The notes beneath the pieces were generated by a model. It saw only the letters and a program-made list of their open reading frames with translations, did not search any database and was not told where the DNA came from. Of a stretch of DNA of 64,000 bases, positions 1-13,696 are shown piece after piece. Source of the stretch: Priapulus caudatus (taxonomy: Eukaryota); the NCBI RefSeq assembly GCF_000485595.1, contig NW_014577079.1, positions 626,766-690,765 of the forward strand, given 5' to 3'. Position 1 is the first letter of the stretch; every line of letters begins with the position of its first letter. The position numbers and the translations under genes were made by a program.

Positions 1-335
1 GAGCGAGAGAGAGACGAGGGATAGATAAAGAGCGGAAAGAGAGATGATGTAAAAAGAAAAAAGAAAAGATTTTTTTAGGCGGGTGAATAGATTTCTCTAG
101 GCGGGTGAATAAATTTATCTAGACGGGTGAATAGATTTTTCTAGACGGGTCAATAGATTCCTCTGCACCCATTAGCAGAATCCTCGGATTAGTTGGTACT
201 CTCTCTAGTCACATCGATAGAGTTTTAAATCACAAGCGGGCCAAAATCGAACTTCTAAATTCATAAATTGCGTTAGAATTGATAGTAAACTCGACGTTTT
301 TGCGTTGCTACACGTCTGGAGCGCAAACAGCAGAA

Positions 336-483
336 AGATGCGATATGATATGACTACTAGGCACTTTAATTTAATTTAAATTTTTTTTTTTTTAGGGTTA
401 CGGTTAGGGTTAGGGTTAGGTTTTTTTTTTAGGTGCCTAGTAGTCATATCCTAAGTGCCTAGTAGTCATATCATATCGCATCT
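336..483. mobile_element. Short foldback element with internal (TTAGGG)n
   Basis: 31-bp perfect inverted arms AGATGCGATATGATATGACTACTAGGCACTT (336-366 / 453-483) around about 4 TTAGGG-like units. Confidence 0.65.
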
Positions 484-975
484 AACTGCCGGGTGCTCTG
501 GAGCAAGCACCTCGGTGTATGTACGTGGGGCTGGTGCTTACACACTATCACATACATCATAATATGTCTTATATACAATACATATATGAAACATTGCTTT
601 CAGATGAGTACATGCCTACATACATGCTAGCATGAATGTGACATGGGATATGAGCAATAAGACAATAGGATACAATATCATGCACCAAATAATGATATGC
701 TGTGGTATGATTTGGTATTTTCCACTGTTTCGAATAATTTATCTACGATCGTTAGTGACGACTGCGGCGTATAATTCAACAGCAAGGGGGGGGGGAAGAT
801 AGACAAAGCTGGACACACGAGTCATCATTACACACGCTAGCCGCTCTCTCGCCATCCCCCTCCCCCAAATGCCGATTCACGTTAACACCGGGTGACCGCG
901 GCCGGTGACAAACCCAGGCGCAGCTCTCGCCTCTCGCGCCCCCCAGCGGAGCACTTCGGCAGCGCCGAGACTAAT

Positions 976-1084
976 CCATGCTTTCAGCAGCCAAGACCAG
1001 CCCATGCTTTCAGCAGCCAAGACCAGCCCATGCTTTCAGCAGCCAAGACCAGCCCATGCTTTCAGCAGCCAAGACCAGCCCATA
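976..1084. repeat. 26-bp tandem repeat, about 4 copies (CCATGCTTTCAGCAGCCAAGACCAGC)
   Basis: Direct inspection; explains the repetitive ORFs 892..1153. Confidence 0.9.
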
Positions 1085-1584
1085 ACGAGCGAACGAACGA
1101 TGCCTAGTTTAACATTCCGTCGCACACTCAGCGTAGAAACAGACGGCCAATAATCACCAATTCAGCGTCTCTCTCGATTCTCTCTAATAGGAATCACGCG
1201 CATCGAACATCTTGGCGACGAGACCATCTCAATTACAGTATAAACGTATGCGTGTATCGTGCGCTCACAGATATCCTACGGAATATATAGATGATCACAT
1301 TAGTATAGAATCGTGGAGAGCGCGCAATCTGCGTATTGAAGCGCAGTGCAAAGTATGCACGCGAAATTGAGAACAGATCGCTGCAAATGAAGGCGAAATC
1401 AGTATTACAATAATAGAAATCAAATCTCGTGCACGAAGCGTGGTGCGATGAAATATAAGTTAGCTATTAGGAGCAGTACGGGGATTTCTTTACGGTTCAT
1501 TATAAGTGTATTGTTGCGGGTTGAACAATGCTTTAATTAATCCATTCATAACGCGTCTGCCCATGATCCCGTAATGCGTACATA

Positions 1585-2068
1585 TTATACAATTATTGCC
1601 CGACTGCGAGGGCAACATATTTTCGTAGACCGTGAATATTAATGTAGACAGAGACGGGAGGTCAAGAATAACGTTAATTTTCCAGGCACAGAAAGCTCCA
1701 TGTTTGACTCCAGAGTCCAGAGCAAAAAGAAAAACATTTAAAAACGCGCAACCACAATAAATAACATCACTACATATAGTACGAGGTTCAGCATGAGATT
1801 GCGTAGTACGGATGCAGTTTTTTTATGTCAAATTCTAGGTGCTTTTACTATCTCTACATTTTCAATCTTGTAAACTGTCCTCGACCACGGAACCTTTCCT
1901 TGCCGAACATCGTGACGGCAATCAAAAACGAAAAGCAATGTTGTTGCTAGATGGCAGCACCGCTGAGCGGGCAACATTGATTTTCAGCGGGCAGTATTGG
2001 TATCTGACATGCTCAACATCAATTACATGGCAGTATTAATTTTCGCAGTCGCATAACTACATGTAATA
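1585..2068. mobile_element. Possible decayed Crypton-like non-autonomous element
   Basis: Imperfect inverted ends (AATTATTGCCCGACTGCGA / TCGCAGTCGCATAACTA) and internal GAGCGGGCA motifs; the family name is from recollection only. Confidence 0.3.
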
Positions 2069-2898
2069 CACCGTGCATACAAACTGCATCACACACATTG
2101 CGTCAGACGCATTCATTACACTCATCTCGTCAGACACATTGCGTCACACACATTGTATCACACACATTGCGTCAGACGCGTTCATTGCACTCATATCGTC
2201 TAACGCATTGCGTCACACACAATGCGTCACACACTGGCAATGATCTCCCTGACACTGGTCCTCTCAACGTCGACGAGGAAAATGCACAAATCTGCCCCAC
2301 GACCCGCGTCCTATACAAACGCCCGATGCAATTTCTCAGCGCAATGTAAAAACGCCGGCTCACCCACCCTTGCCATTCTCGGCAGATTTTTGTGACATAC
2401 CGAGGCAACAATGCCAGCAATAATCATGCAAACGCGCTGAATCTCAAACAGCTCTGCTGCAGCTGGAGGGGCTATACATCCACTCACGCTTCCCCGACCT
2501 TATACTCCCCCCCAACACCCTCTATAACTATTCAACTAGATCACACTTTCAATAACCTCCAGCGGGCCTTATTAAAAATCATGCATTCTGCCGCGACCAT
2601 CGCTACAGGCTACTTTCCCCGACCTGCTTGTCACAACCTCGCAGATTCACGATCTCGCAGATCACAGATCACGGGCCCCGTCGTATTATTTCACATGTAA
2701 AAAATATTCTACTCCCGATTCGTAATTCAGCCGGTCGAGTTGCATTTAAATTGCCACGGCGTTGCTGCGACAACGTCGTCCGTAGACGCCTATGAGCGGA
2801 GAATGCCTAATGAAGAGAAATACTAAAAGCTATAGCAAAAACGGAGACATTCAGGACATATATATGGCGGATATATATCAGGATCATATATATATATA

Positions 2899-3142
2899 CA
2901 GCATTTCTTACACGCGGACCCCTAAAACCATACAAGCCACAAGCATTCTTACACGAGACCCCCTAAAACCATACAAGCAAATCATGTCTTACACGGACCC
3001 TAACCATACATGCCACAGCATTCTTACACGAGACCTCCTAAAACCATACAAGCCACAGCATTCTTACACGAGACCCCCTAAAACCATACAAGCCACAGCA
3101 TTCTTACACGAGACCCCCTAAAACCATACATGTCACAGCATT
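2899..3142. repeat. About 40-bp minisatellite, about 6 copies (CAGCATTCTTACACGAGACCCCCTAAAACCATACAAGCCA)
   Basis: Direct inspection. Confidence 0.9.
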
Positions 3143-5636
3143 TCGTACACAAGATCCTTATAACCTCACGCGTCATAGCACTCTTACATGAGACACTCCA
3201 CCATGACACTAGAACTCCAGCGGGGGAGCACAAGCGCCTGCGGTAACAGCCTGGCCATCTTCGCTGGTAATTAGCCAGGATCTTGCTGGAATACACAAGC
3301 GGGAGCTGTCCATAGGAAAAGGTTGAGCCAATGAAAATGGGAACACAATTAGTGGCAGCGACGAGCCGATCGGCTGCTGCTGGGAATTGCCTAACCTAAC
3401 TTGACCAGTAGCCTTTTGACAAATTCCGACCGCGTTGGATAGCGACGACAGAATTGTAAAAAAGGAGATAGAAATGTTCGCCGACGTCACCACGTACAGA
3501 GTGTCATTTTTCAAAGATTGAACGTGTTTCTGTTTTTTTTCTGCATAAAGACCCAGGTGAAATTATCTACAATTAATATTACAATAACAATAAATTGAAT
3601 ACATATGCGTACCATGCGTGCGTGCGGCAACGGGTATAATTTCCCCGCGATAGGATAATTAATTTCTAGCTCAGTCTTTCACAGATTTCATGCATCAAAA
3701 CACACCTAATGGGTAAGTCTACTACTAATATTCCACCAATATATAGTACAATGCTAATATACTACTAATATTATTGACATATACCATGACGTTCTTTACC
3801 GCTGTAGTTCTTGCCTTACCAGTAGAATTGAAGTCTATGATGATATGATGATATGATGATATTTAACACTTAAGTCAGTTAAAACTCTGAAATATACTTA
3901 TGAGTAATAAACTGTGACATGGCACACATTAATGAATATCAGAAGTGATATAATATAGAGATTTATATCACGATATTACACACTCCTGATAACATCACTG
4001 ATAAACAACATAAAAATCGATACGGATATCTCCACAGAACGTAATATACTTCATCTATATCTCTTATTCCTTATATTATATTAATTATATTATTGANNNN
4101 NNNNNNNNNNNNNNNNNNNNNNNNNNNNNNNNNNNNNNNNNNNNNNNNNNNNNNNNNNNNNNNNNNNNNNNNNNNNNNNNNNNNNNNNNNNNNNNNNNNN
4201 NNNNNNNNNNNNNNNNNNNNNNNNNNNNNNNNNNNNNNNNNNNNNNNNNNNNNNNNNNNNNNNNNNNNNNNNNNNNNNNNNNNNNNNNNNNNNNNNNNNN
4301 NNNNNNNNNNNNNNNNNNNNNNNNNNNNNNNNNNNNNNNNNNNNNNNNNNNNNNNNNNNNNNNNNNNNNNNNNNNNNNNNNNNNNNNNNNNNNNNNNNNN
4401 NNNNNNNNNNNNNNNNNNNNNNNNNNNNNNNNNNNNNNNNNNNNNNNNNNNNNNNNNNNNNNNNNNNNNNNNNNNNNNNNNNNNNNNNNNNNNNNNNNNN
4501 NNNNNNNNNNNNNNNNNNNNNNNNNNNNNNNNNNNNNNNNNNNNNNNNNNNNNNNNNNNNNNNNNNNNNNNNNNNNNNNNNNNNNNNNNNNNNNNNNNNN
4601 NNNNNNNNNNNNNNNNNNNNNNNNNNNNNNNNNNNNNNNNNNNNNNNNNNNNNNNNNNNNNNNNNNNNNNNNNNNNNNNNNNNNNNNNNNNNNNNNNNNN
4701 NNNNNNNNNNNNNNNNNNNNNNNNNNNNNNNNNNNNNNNNNNNNNNNNNNNNNNNNNNNNNNNNNNNNNNNNNNNNNNNNNNNNNNNNNNNNNNNNNNNN
4801 NNNNNNNNNNNNNNNNNNNNNNNNNNNNNNNNNNNNNNNNNNNNNNNNNNNNNNNNNNNNNNNNNNNNNNNNNNNNNNNNNNNNNNNNNNNNNNNNNNNN
4901 NNNNNNNNNNNNNNNNNNNNNNNNNNNNNNNNNNNNNNNNNNNNNNNNNNNNNNNNNNNNNNNNNNNNNNNNNNNNNNNNNNNNNNNNNNNNNNNNNNNN
5001 NNNNNNNNNNNNNNNNNNNNNNNNNNNNNNNNNGTAGACGTACTCAATAAGACATAGAGTATACTACGTCTTACCTATATACTAGGATCTATATAGTCTA
5101 AGATTAGAGGCGGTACGTGTAACTACTTATTATATGTAGGCCCCTACTTATTATATGTACTTGCTATATCTCTATGTATTATTAGCTCTTGATATCTCAT
5201 CTATGCTATCAGCGCTTGTGATGCAGTATGCATTTCACCCTTAGTTCGCATTCCGCGAAATTATCTCACTCCAATAAGCACTCACCGCGCATCCGATTAC
5301 GTATTCTGACCACCTCCACAACTTCCACGCGCACACACATACACGAGGTTTACTAATCCACATAGCTATCTAAATCTGCAGTGCACGCGCGGGGCTCACC
5401 ACAGACGAACCCATCCAATTATTACACTCCAATAAATGCTGATTAAACATATACAAGTTACTGTACTGTACCTTCAAAGGCACGGACTCTCTATCTAAAT
5501 CAAAATGCCCGACTAGACGGTAACATCCTACATACCCTATATTCCAACGTCAGAGATGGAAGTATATACACGCTATAGATTAACCTTTATTATCGCAACA
5601 TAAATCGCGGATAATAAAAACAATAAGTAATAATCT

Positions 5637-5669
<33 letters not shown>

Positions 5670-7034
5670 AAATAAAAATAATAACAATAAAAAAAAAAAT
5701 TATTATAGTTATTACCACTATACATACTACCACTATTAGCACTACTATACATTCGCGTAATCCCTAATTCTATTGCAGCAAAACTTCTAGCGCTGTGTGC
5801 TGCTGCACAGACATGTAGCCGTAACGTTTTCTATGAAAGTTCTCCACATCACATCGCTCCGACGAAGCCTTGGCGCGGATCAACGTCCCACTAGTATTTG
5901 CCGTCTAGATCGCGCTCGAAATGGGAGTAGACAGCGGCCAAAAATACAAAGGGAAATCAACAACCAAATCTGATTGCACGTGCCACAAAAAACACGCATA
6001 AACAAAGTCGAAAACCCCAGTGCCAAGATCTGCGAACGAGGGCACTTTGATATGTAAATCCCAACTTAAATTCAATTAAAAGCGGCCAGTGTGCGTGGTA
6101 GCAGTCCGGATGCTTCTATCATTTCCTCTCCAGCTAGACAAGATATGCAAATTGCCCCTGCGGCAACCAAAATATGCTAACTTTATTTCCTCTGCCATTT
6201 TTGGACAAGTGCCTTTGAATTTAAAGACGCGCGCTGGAGATACGGAGGGGGAAATGGTTTTGTGTATTCGCGCAGAAAAAAAAGCGATATCTTATCCGCC
6301 CGATAACAACAAAATGCACAGTCAATATATGCGAGCAATGACCCCCCCCCCATACAGCGAATCGTCTACACGAGGGTATGCAGTATAGGTTGACGGGCAT
6401 CACACAGTGTGTGGAGAAAGAAACAAAGCCAGCCACGTAGCGATCGCCGTCTTTTAGTTAGTGTCACACACCACATGTGTAACCCACGGGTGTTCGTTGA
6501 CTGCATTACATCACTCGGCGCTTTGAAGAATGTGTCGCTATTTGCATAATTGCGTTAAACAATGAATAACACGGGCTTTATGCTCGCTAATGCTCTAACT
6601 TATAGCGAATAAATTAAGCTATATAATTATACGTCGTTATTCAAAGGCGTTCTACGAAGTTTAATGCAGCTTAATTTTACAAATACACTGACATCCGATT
6701 ATTCTAAGTGCCTCTAGAAGCCTTCGCTCTTAAGGCTCTAAGAATGAGGTGGAAATCAGGCAACATTCAGTTGTAGCTGTCCCGAGCAAAACTAAATAAC
6801 AAGCAACGTGTGTTACCAAATTGGGCCTCAATCGCACAACATCTCCGTCGTAGCTCTCTTGCACACCCAGGCCATTTCAAGAACTTGATATCATAAACCG
6901 TGTACCGTGCAACAGCCCTCGTACTGCATGATACGAACTTTACGATCATTTTAAGAAATTGCTACACATTAGGTGTCTTTATCACAGCTATAGCTCCTAA
7001 TTATCAGTCTGTAACGGAAATAGCGAGGATACTT

Positions 7035-7545
7035 ACATACATACACGCACGCACGCTCACATACACGGGCGCGCGCACACACGCATACACGCGCGCACAC
7101 ACACACGCACGCACGCACGCACGCACAGACGCACACGCACACACACACGCACACGCACCACCGACCACGCACAAACCGACAACACGCACCACACCACACA
7201 CACACAGCACACACACACACCACACCACACACACACACACACACACACACACCAGCACCCATAACAGCCACAGCACAGTCATCACACCACTGCATCGGCA
7301 ACACACGCTTCTCGAATAATGTCAACATTATTCTACTCTACCGATGCATGAGAGTATAGTGAGGGGCGTGGAGGATTCGGTACTCTCCTGCCTTTCTGCG
7401 AGTTGAGTGATGTGTGATCGTGTGTGTGATGTGTGTTGTGGCTGTGTTGTGTGTGTGTGTGTGATGTGTGTGTGGTGGCGCGGGCGTGTTAGCGGCGTGG
7501 TGCGTGTGCCGTGCGTGTGCCGTGTGCGTGGCATGTGGCTCGTGA
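7035..7545. repeat. (CA)/(CACG)n tract followed by a (TG)n tract
   Basis: Direct inspection. Confidence 0.85.
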
Positions 7546-9624
7546 GTTTATACCCACTCGTTAGCGACTGGACTCCGATTGAATTCGCGCTGCTAATATA
7601 TTCCCCAACACTCACATCACACACACACACACACAATCATATATATATATATGATATATAGTATACTAATTATATATTAATATTGATCTGTGTATGAGCA
7701 CGCGTAATTCCTATTCACTTGAATAATGAATGTGTGCGTATATGCTTACCAGACTCGAACATATGACGCCAACAAAGTGTGACCAGAGTGTAATGTGATT
7801 TTCTAACTTGAACGCCCGGCGTGTATGGCAACTGAATGCAGGCCTATAAACATTACACACACAGCTGGAGGCATCAAATTAGTAGCATACTGGCAAATAG
7901 AGTGAAGAAGAAAAACAAAAAATAATTACATGCGACACTAATCTAAATAAACTAAAGCCAGCAGATATATCTGGCTGCTTTTAAGAGGCTGATTATACAA
8001 GACCGGGGCGCATGTTGTCAGAAAACATCACAGATTGTAGTATGTGTATAAAAATGTTATAACGTTATACGACACTTCACTTAAAGCTTACGCCACTTCA
8101 CCCTGATAGTCTTAACTATCATAAAGTTCACGCGCCCAAAATTACGAAGGTACTCTTATAGACACCGGTCCACGCCACGAAAACCGAGGAAATAAATAGG
8201 CCCCCTCTGAGACAGAAACGTACATCACGTACGTCCACATTTTGTCGCTCTTTACACCTGTTGCCTTACGTGCATGTAACAGGATGATATATTTTGCAAT
8301 ACACGACGCACACAGTACGGCATTTTTTCAACACATGATCGGATGAAATAAGCTGTGAACGCGCCCTAACAATACGCCACGCCGAGGATCGAGGAACGCG
8401 CGAGAGAATAGATTAGAGATACTAGAGAAGAAGAAATAGAGAAGAAAGAGAACAACGTGAGAAAAGAGAAGATAAAACAAACTTGAAAATGAGAAAAAGA
8501 TGTGGAGAGAGAGAGATACAGATGGAGGAGCAGAAGAGAGAAGAGAAAAGAGTAGTTGCATGAGTGAGAGAGAGAGAGAGCGAGAGAAAGAGAGAGAGAG
8601 AGAGAGGAACGTATGTACGTGGAATAGAGACTCAGTAGCACAGCAGCTCAGAATACTCTGTTAATCGATTCAACATGAAAGAGAGCTGATCATCACGACT
8701 AGCGATACTCGAGCCGTCATAATTACTATAAAACACAGCTAATTGGGCTCGGCCGCAGCCTCCACAAAGCAGCCAATGTAATTACACACCAAACTTTACT
8801 AGGCACTGTTACCAAATAATTCCATTATGCAAATGAGATAAGCATCTGCACAATGCCGCGTGCTGTGTGCGCAGCTTGCAAAGGCAAGCGAAAAATATCA
8901 CGTTATCGGCGACGAAACAAAAATCAGATTAAAATTAAACGCTATACGAGAGAATATCGCAGAAACGCACGCACGCACGCACACACACGCACGCACGCTA
9001 CTTCGCCGCACTTGTAAAGAGCCGACTACGAAGTATTGCGACATAAACAAAATGGAAGGCATAATAAACAAGCAGTGCGAAGGGCTACTGCTACTGCTGA
9101 ATGGCGCTTTAGCTACATAATGACTAACGACATCCTATCCAGTAGCGTCACCATGATCTCTCATCCGAGATATCACCCCACCTCATCTAGACACTACTAT
9201 GCTAGATAAAATCAGCACTCCCTTAATTAACGCAATGATTCGTGATGCAGCTTACACCAGCAGAACACCACTGAACGACGGTGAGAAATGAGTTCGAATT
9301 AATCATTTATGTGAGTACACATGCGATGCAGCCACACTGAAGCAGATGGCTGCAGGAATCGTACATCGGGACCACATTTGCATGCATCGCAGACGATTCT
9401 AATTCCACTTGGCGAAATTTCTATGTTTGAGTAGGAAACCAGCAATGTATGCTTCGTAAGGGGAATGACTGCACTATTTGAGAATCTGTTTCAGCTAAGA
9501 GCATAGAAAAGGCTTATAAGAGTGCTCAAATAAGCTTTATACACTAAAATATTTACAAGACGAACGGGGTTTTGAACGGCGCTGAGTAAAATAATGAATC
9601 CAAAACGGAAAACTGTTCATAACA

Positions 9625-9658
9625 AACACGCGCACACACGCACGCACGCACGAACGGA

Positions 9659-9694
<36 letters not shown>

Positions 9695-9696
9695 CA

Positions 9697-9742
<46 letters not shown>

Positions 9743-9770
9743 CACACACACGGGCGCGCGCGCACGCATA
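9625..9770. repeat. (ACGC)n/(CA)n compound microsatellite
   Basis: Direct inspection; the same type occurs at 17330-17403. Confidence 0.9.
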
Positions 9771-10059
9771 TATCAGGCAAACATACAACATGTCGACATA
9801 GGACGTTTTCTCGCGCTAGCGGTATACACATACACCGTGGTTATTGCCTCAGGTAATGCTAGTTTTTAATGAGAATGATCAATGTTGTACTAAACATTTT
9901 TCCCCTGGTAGCCATCAACTATTCTCGCTGCTTACATGATGTTCTTTCGGCATCTCATTCCACGCCGGCCCACATCGCAGCTAGCTAATCGCACACCTGA
10001 GCACTGCTATATTCAATGTACTAACACACCCGATATATTCGAATAACATCCGATGCATT

Positions 10060-10343
10060 CCATACATGCTACTGCTATTCTTATATATTCGACATGCTAT
10101 GATGCTATTCTTATATGATCAGGCATGCATATGCTATTCTTATATATTCTACATGCTATAATGTATTCTTATATATTCACATGCTATATTCTATTCTTAT
10201 ATATTCCTACATGGCTATATGGCTATTCTTATATATTCTACATGCTAATCTAATTCTTATATATTCTAAACATGCATATGCTATTCTATATATTCAACAT
10301 GCTATATGCTATTCTTATAATATTACTACATGCTATATGCTAT
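10060..10343. repeat. About 28-bp AT-rich minisatellite (ATATGCTATTCTTATATATTCNACATGCT) running into a gap
   Basis: Direct inspection. Confidence 0.85.
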
Positions 10344-10446
10344 NNNNNNNNNNTACGGTACCGACCGGTACCGGACCGGCCGTCCACCGTCCCGACCCGA
10401 CCCGTACCCGTACCCGTACCGTACCTACGTACTACTACGTACTACA

Positions 10447-10448
<2 letters not shown>

Positions 10449-10525
<77 letters not shown>
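10449..10525. repeat. (CT)n microsatellite
   Basis: Direct inspection. Confidence 0.95.
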
Positions 10526-10528
<3 letters not shown>

Positions 10529-12169
10529 CGCTCTCGCTCGCGACCGACATTGCAACCGCACAAACAAGTCACTCTAGATTGCCGGAGAGCCTTTTAAAAT
10601 TCGTAACTACGCACAATTCTTTGAAGGCACTCGCGTTTCGTGACTAACTTTGGAAACAATGGCGCGCTGATTTCGAATACAACAGCACGTGTTCGTTTCA
10701 CATGATAATTTCGGGAAGGGAATTTTTTGGCGTGGTTTTTGCTCGCGCAGAACACACGTTGCGTTTATACGAACACGAGACACCGACAGCAAGCAAGACA
10801 GTGCAAGCAAGACAGTGCAAGCAAGACAGTGCAAGCAAGACAGTCGACAGCATGTCTCGTAACGTTTGCTTCGATTCTCGCCGATTCTTGCTGTCTAACA
10901 TTACACTCGAGAACAGACACGACCTTTACACAGACCTTCTCGCTCTGTCTTCCTCGGTGTGTAATTATACCAGGTATATCTATAGAGTGGGGGTAAATTT
11001 TCAGCCCCCCCCACTAAGCCATTGTACCCGTGTTCATTTTAACGATACACGATTGCCAAATATACGGTTGCAATCTATGATTACCATGCACCATATCAAC
11101 CCTTGGAACATGAGAACTTGTCCAAGAATCTTGCCATCATTTTCCTAAATATATATAATCTTCCGATGTTTATCACTGAAACTATATGCTAAACAATGCC
11201 ATCTTGCTTACAACACTAGACTGATGCAAACTCCAAACTCAAATTAACCTGCCCTGCGATTGAGTGCAACACGCCTACGTGTAACTGGTGTTACAAGCCC
11301 TTGTGTTACTGTGTTACTGTGTAACTTGTGTTACAAGCACGCTTCAGAGTAAACCACTCATTAAAAACAGTCGAAGGAGCATTCATGATGAGTTTCTCAA
11401 CGCTTCCGTAAAATGTTGCTACTGAACAACATGCGTGAGCGGGTGTCTGCAAATCTAAAGTTTTTCAGTGACGTGTGATACTGATAGTCACGGACTATAG
11501 CAGTTTCAACTGTGAAATAGGCACTCGGCCTGGAAAGGCAATCCTTTCTACAATAAGCAACCGCTTGTTCGTAGTTCCAACTGCACTTGCGCATCACTCC
11601 TTGTTCAACACGATTACTAGGTATCGTCCAGCACTACGACCCACTCTACTACATCCTACATCCTTAAATGACTACAGAATATCAGCATAATTAGATAAGA
11701 CGTGATCTATTCTTCTTTATTTTTTTGTATTCGTGGTATAGAAACACGTTTTACAGCTACATCACCCAATCTGTAATCAACTAACGTAAACAGTTATAAT
11801 TAAAATATCACCAATAAAATTCTGCAAGACCTATCAAAGCAGATTGCCAGCTGCGGCAATCAAACATTTCACAGATAATAATCACGCTAACATATTACTG
11901 GCTTGACACTTTTGATAACAGAACAAATATCTATGAAGCTAGATGAAACCGCAGAAGCAATTAAAAGCATCAAACGATGGTTATGTAACATCAACTATTG
12001 CGAATACGACCAATGATACTGTGATTTTTTACATGTCGCTGCTGCCACCTGGTATCCCAATAAGACATAAAACGTTGAACGCTTTCCACCACGTACCACT
12101 TTCCAGATGACAATATGAAACCAAGAGATATATACAAACAACTATCCGAGAGGGCTACAGGAAGAAAGG

Positions 12170-12213
<44 letters not shown>

Positions 12214-12440
12214 AACTTTTAATTTTGAAGGCCATGTAAGGAGCCGCGTGTAAGGAGGGCAACCACGGCATTAAGGAGTAGAAATACGGAATGCAGGGAA
12301 GGCAACCACAGCACACGAGGATAACCACGGCACACGGCGTGGGTGCCGTTGTGACATTCGAGCCCTTCTACTCGTAACCACACGTCTTCCGACCGTGTGA
12401 AGCCTAATGATGATCACAGCATCCCGCTGATTGTACTTAC

Positions 12441-12551
12441 GGTGGTGATGACTTTGGCTGCGGCCTCGATCCCGTATGCACCCGCCACAGCGTGAATGTC
12501 ATTGCTGTACAGATGCTTCAAGTCCAGCAGGTGACCATACTTCCACAATGC
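12441..12551 (-). CDS. POLR1A: POLR1A exon 32 ([37 protein letters not shown]), last exon found
   Basis: LYSNDIH..YGIEAA motif; TAG acceptor, GTAAGT donor, so at least one more exon must follow. Confidence 0.94.
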
Positions 12552-13665
12552 CTACAGAACAACAAAGTGATGAGAAATCAAGCATGCTAGATCTAGGTCA
12601 GTGCCACGTACATGCAGTGTATAGCACACAGATGGCTGAAACGTAATTTACAAATAATTGTACCCGATTAATTTCATTTCATTTCTTATAATTGTACTTG
12701 TAATTTGTATGTGGTACGTAGGACGAAAGCACTATTTATCTGTTCCAAGGTTGTCTAATGTAGGCTAACGGTTTCTATCTGGCCGTCAAACCTCTATTTT
12801 TCACCATTTGCCGAAGAAACAACTAAAAGTTTCAGTTTTATGCACAGATTTCTCTTTCAATAAACGTACAGGCATGTAGTCATTCAAAATTTAGCAGCGC
12901 AATTTGCCTTATTCCAACTTAGAACTCGACAAAAATGAAATCTTCGTGAAACTACAATCGAGAAATACACCAATATCAATAAATGTTACAGGTACATGAT
13001 CGTTCAAAATTTAGCAAAGCAATTTGCCTTTTCCAACGTAAAACCCAACAAAAACAAAATCTTCACGAAAATACAATCAGAAAATACATCAACAAATATA
13101 AATCAATAAATCAAAGTATATAAATGAAAAAAAAAGAAAAAAAAAGAAAAAAAAAAGAAAGAAGATATATCAAGAAATACTAAAAACACAAGTAACAGCA
13201 GCCACTCACGGCCATGTTGACGCCCTCGGTCTTCAGCAGCTTGCGGCCTGCGAACGCTCCCATGCCGTCACTGATGAATCCGCGCGAGATTGCCGGCGTC
13301 TGATGCAGGATCGTGCGCCGCACCTCCTGCTCAAGCAGTGACGTCATGTCGATCTTCGCCTCGAGCGGATACTACGCGACAACAAGAGAACGTCGCTACA
13401 TTACGCATACCACAGTGTAGTAAATTAATTAAATAATTTAATTAACTAGCACAGGGGTTCTTAACCTGTGGTCCATGGACCCATTTGGGTTCCATGGATA
13501 AGCTTTAGGGGGTCTGTGAATGAGGCGCATGGAAAAATTTTGTGTCTATATGCTTATGTACATTTTTCTGGGAAGGGGTCTGTAGCTTTCAGCAGATTCT
13601 CAAAGGGGTCCTTGACTCAAAAAAGGTTAAGAACCACTGATTACTAGCATATTATAATAGCAGTC

Positions 13666-13696
<31 letters not shown>

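Noticed and set aside
976..3142. Regular 26-bp and 40-bp repeats as a CRISPR array (also 21151-21335)
   Set aside because: Head-to-tail units with no unique spacers, no cas genes, and a eukaryotic intron-rich context.
3440..3520. EIEMFADVTT resembling the FADD motif of LINE reverse transcriptase
   Set aside because: The second Asp is missing and no other RT motifs are recognisable nearby.
4085..5047. Long ORFs in the track here and at 47593-48476
   Set aside because: They are poly-X translations of N gaps.
10354..10447. TACG/GTACC-rich patterned sequence next to a gap
   Set aside because: Looks like pyrosequencing flow-order noise at a read end beside a (CT)n tract, not a biological element.
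11397..11597. ORF containing DCLSRPSA as a candidate last POLR1A exon
   Set aside because: Only superficial similarity to D.L.SPSA; the flanking conserved residues are absent.
12040..12160. Minus-strand peptides IVIWKVVRGG and PSRIVV resembling the RPA1 C-terminal PSA.LVVGKVVRGGTG
   Set aside because: They are in different frames, lack GTG and the preceding RHL..ADYM block; most likely coincidence.
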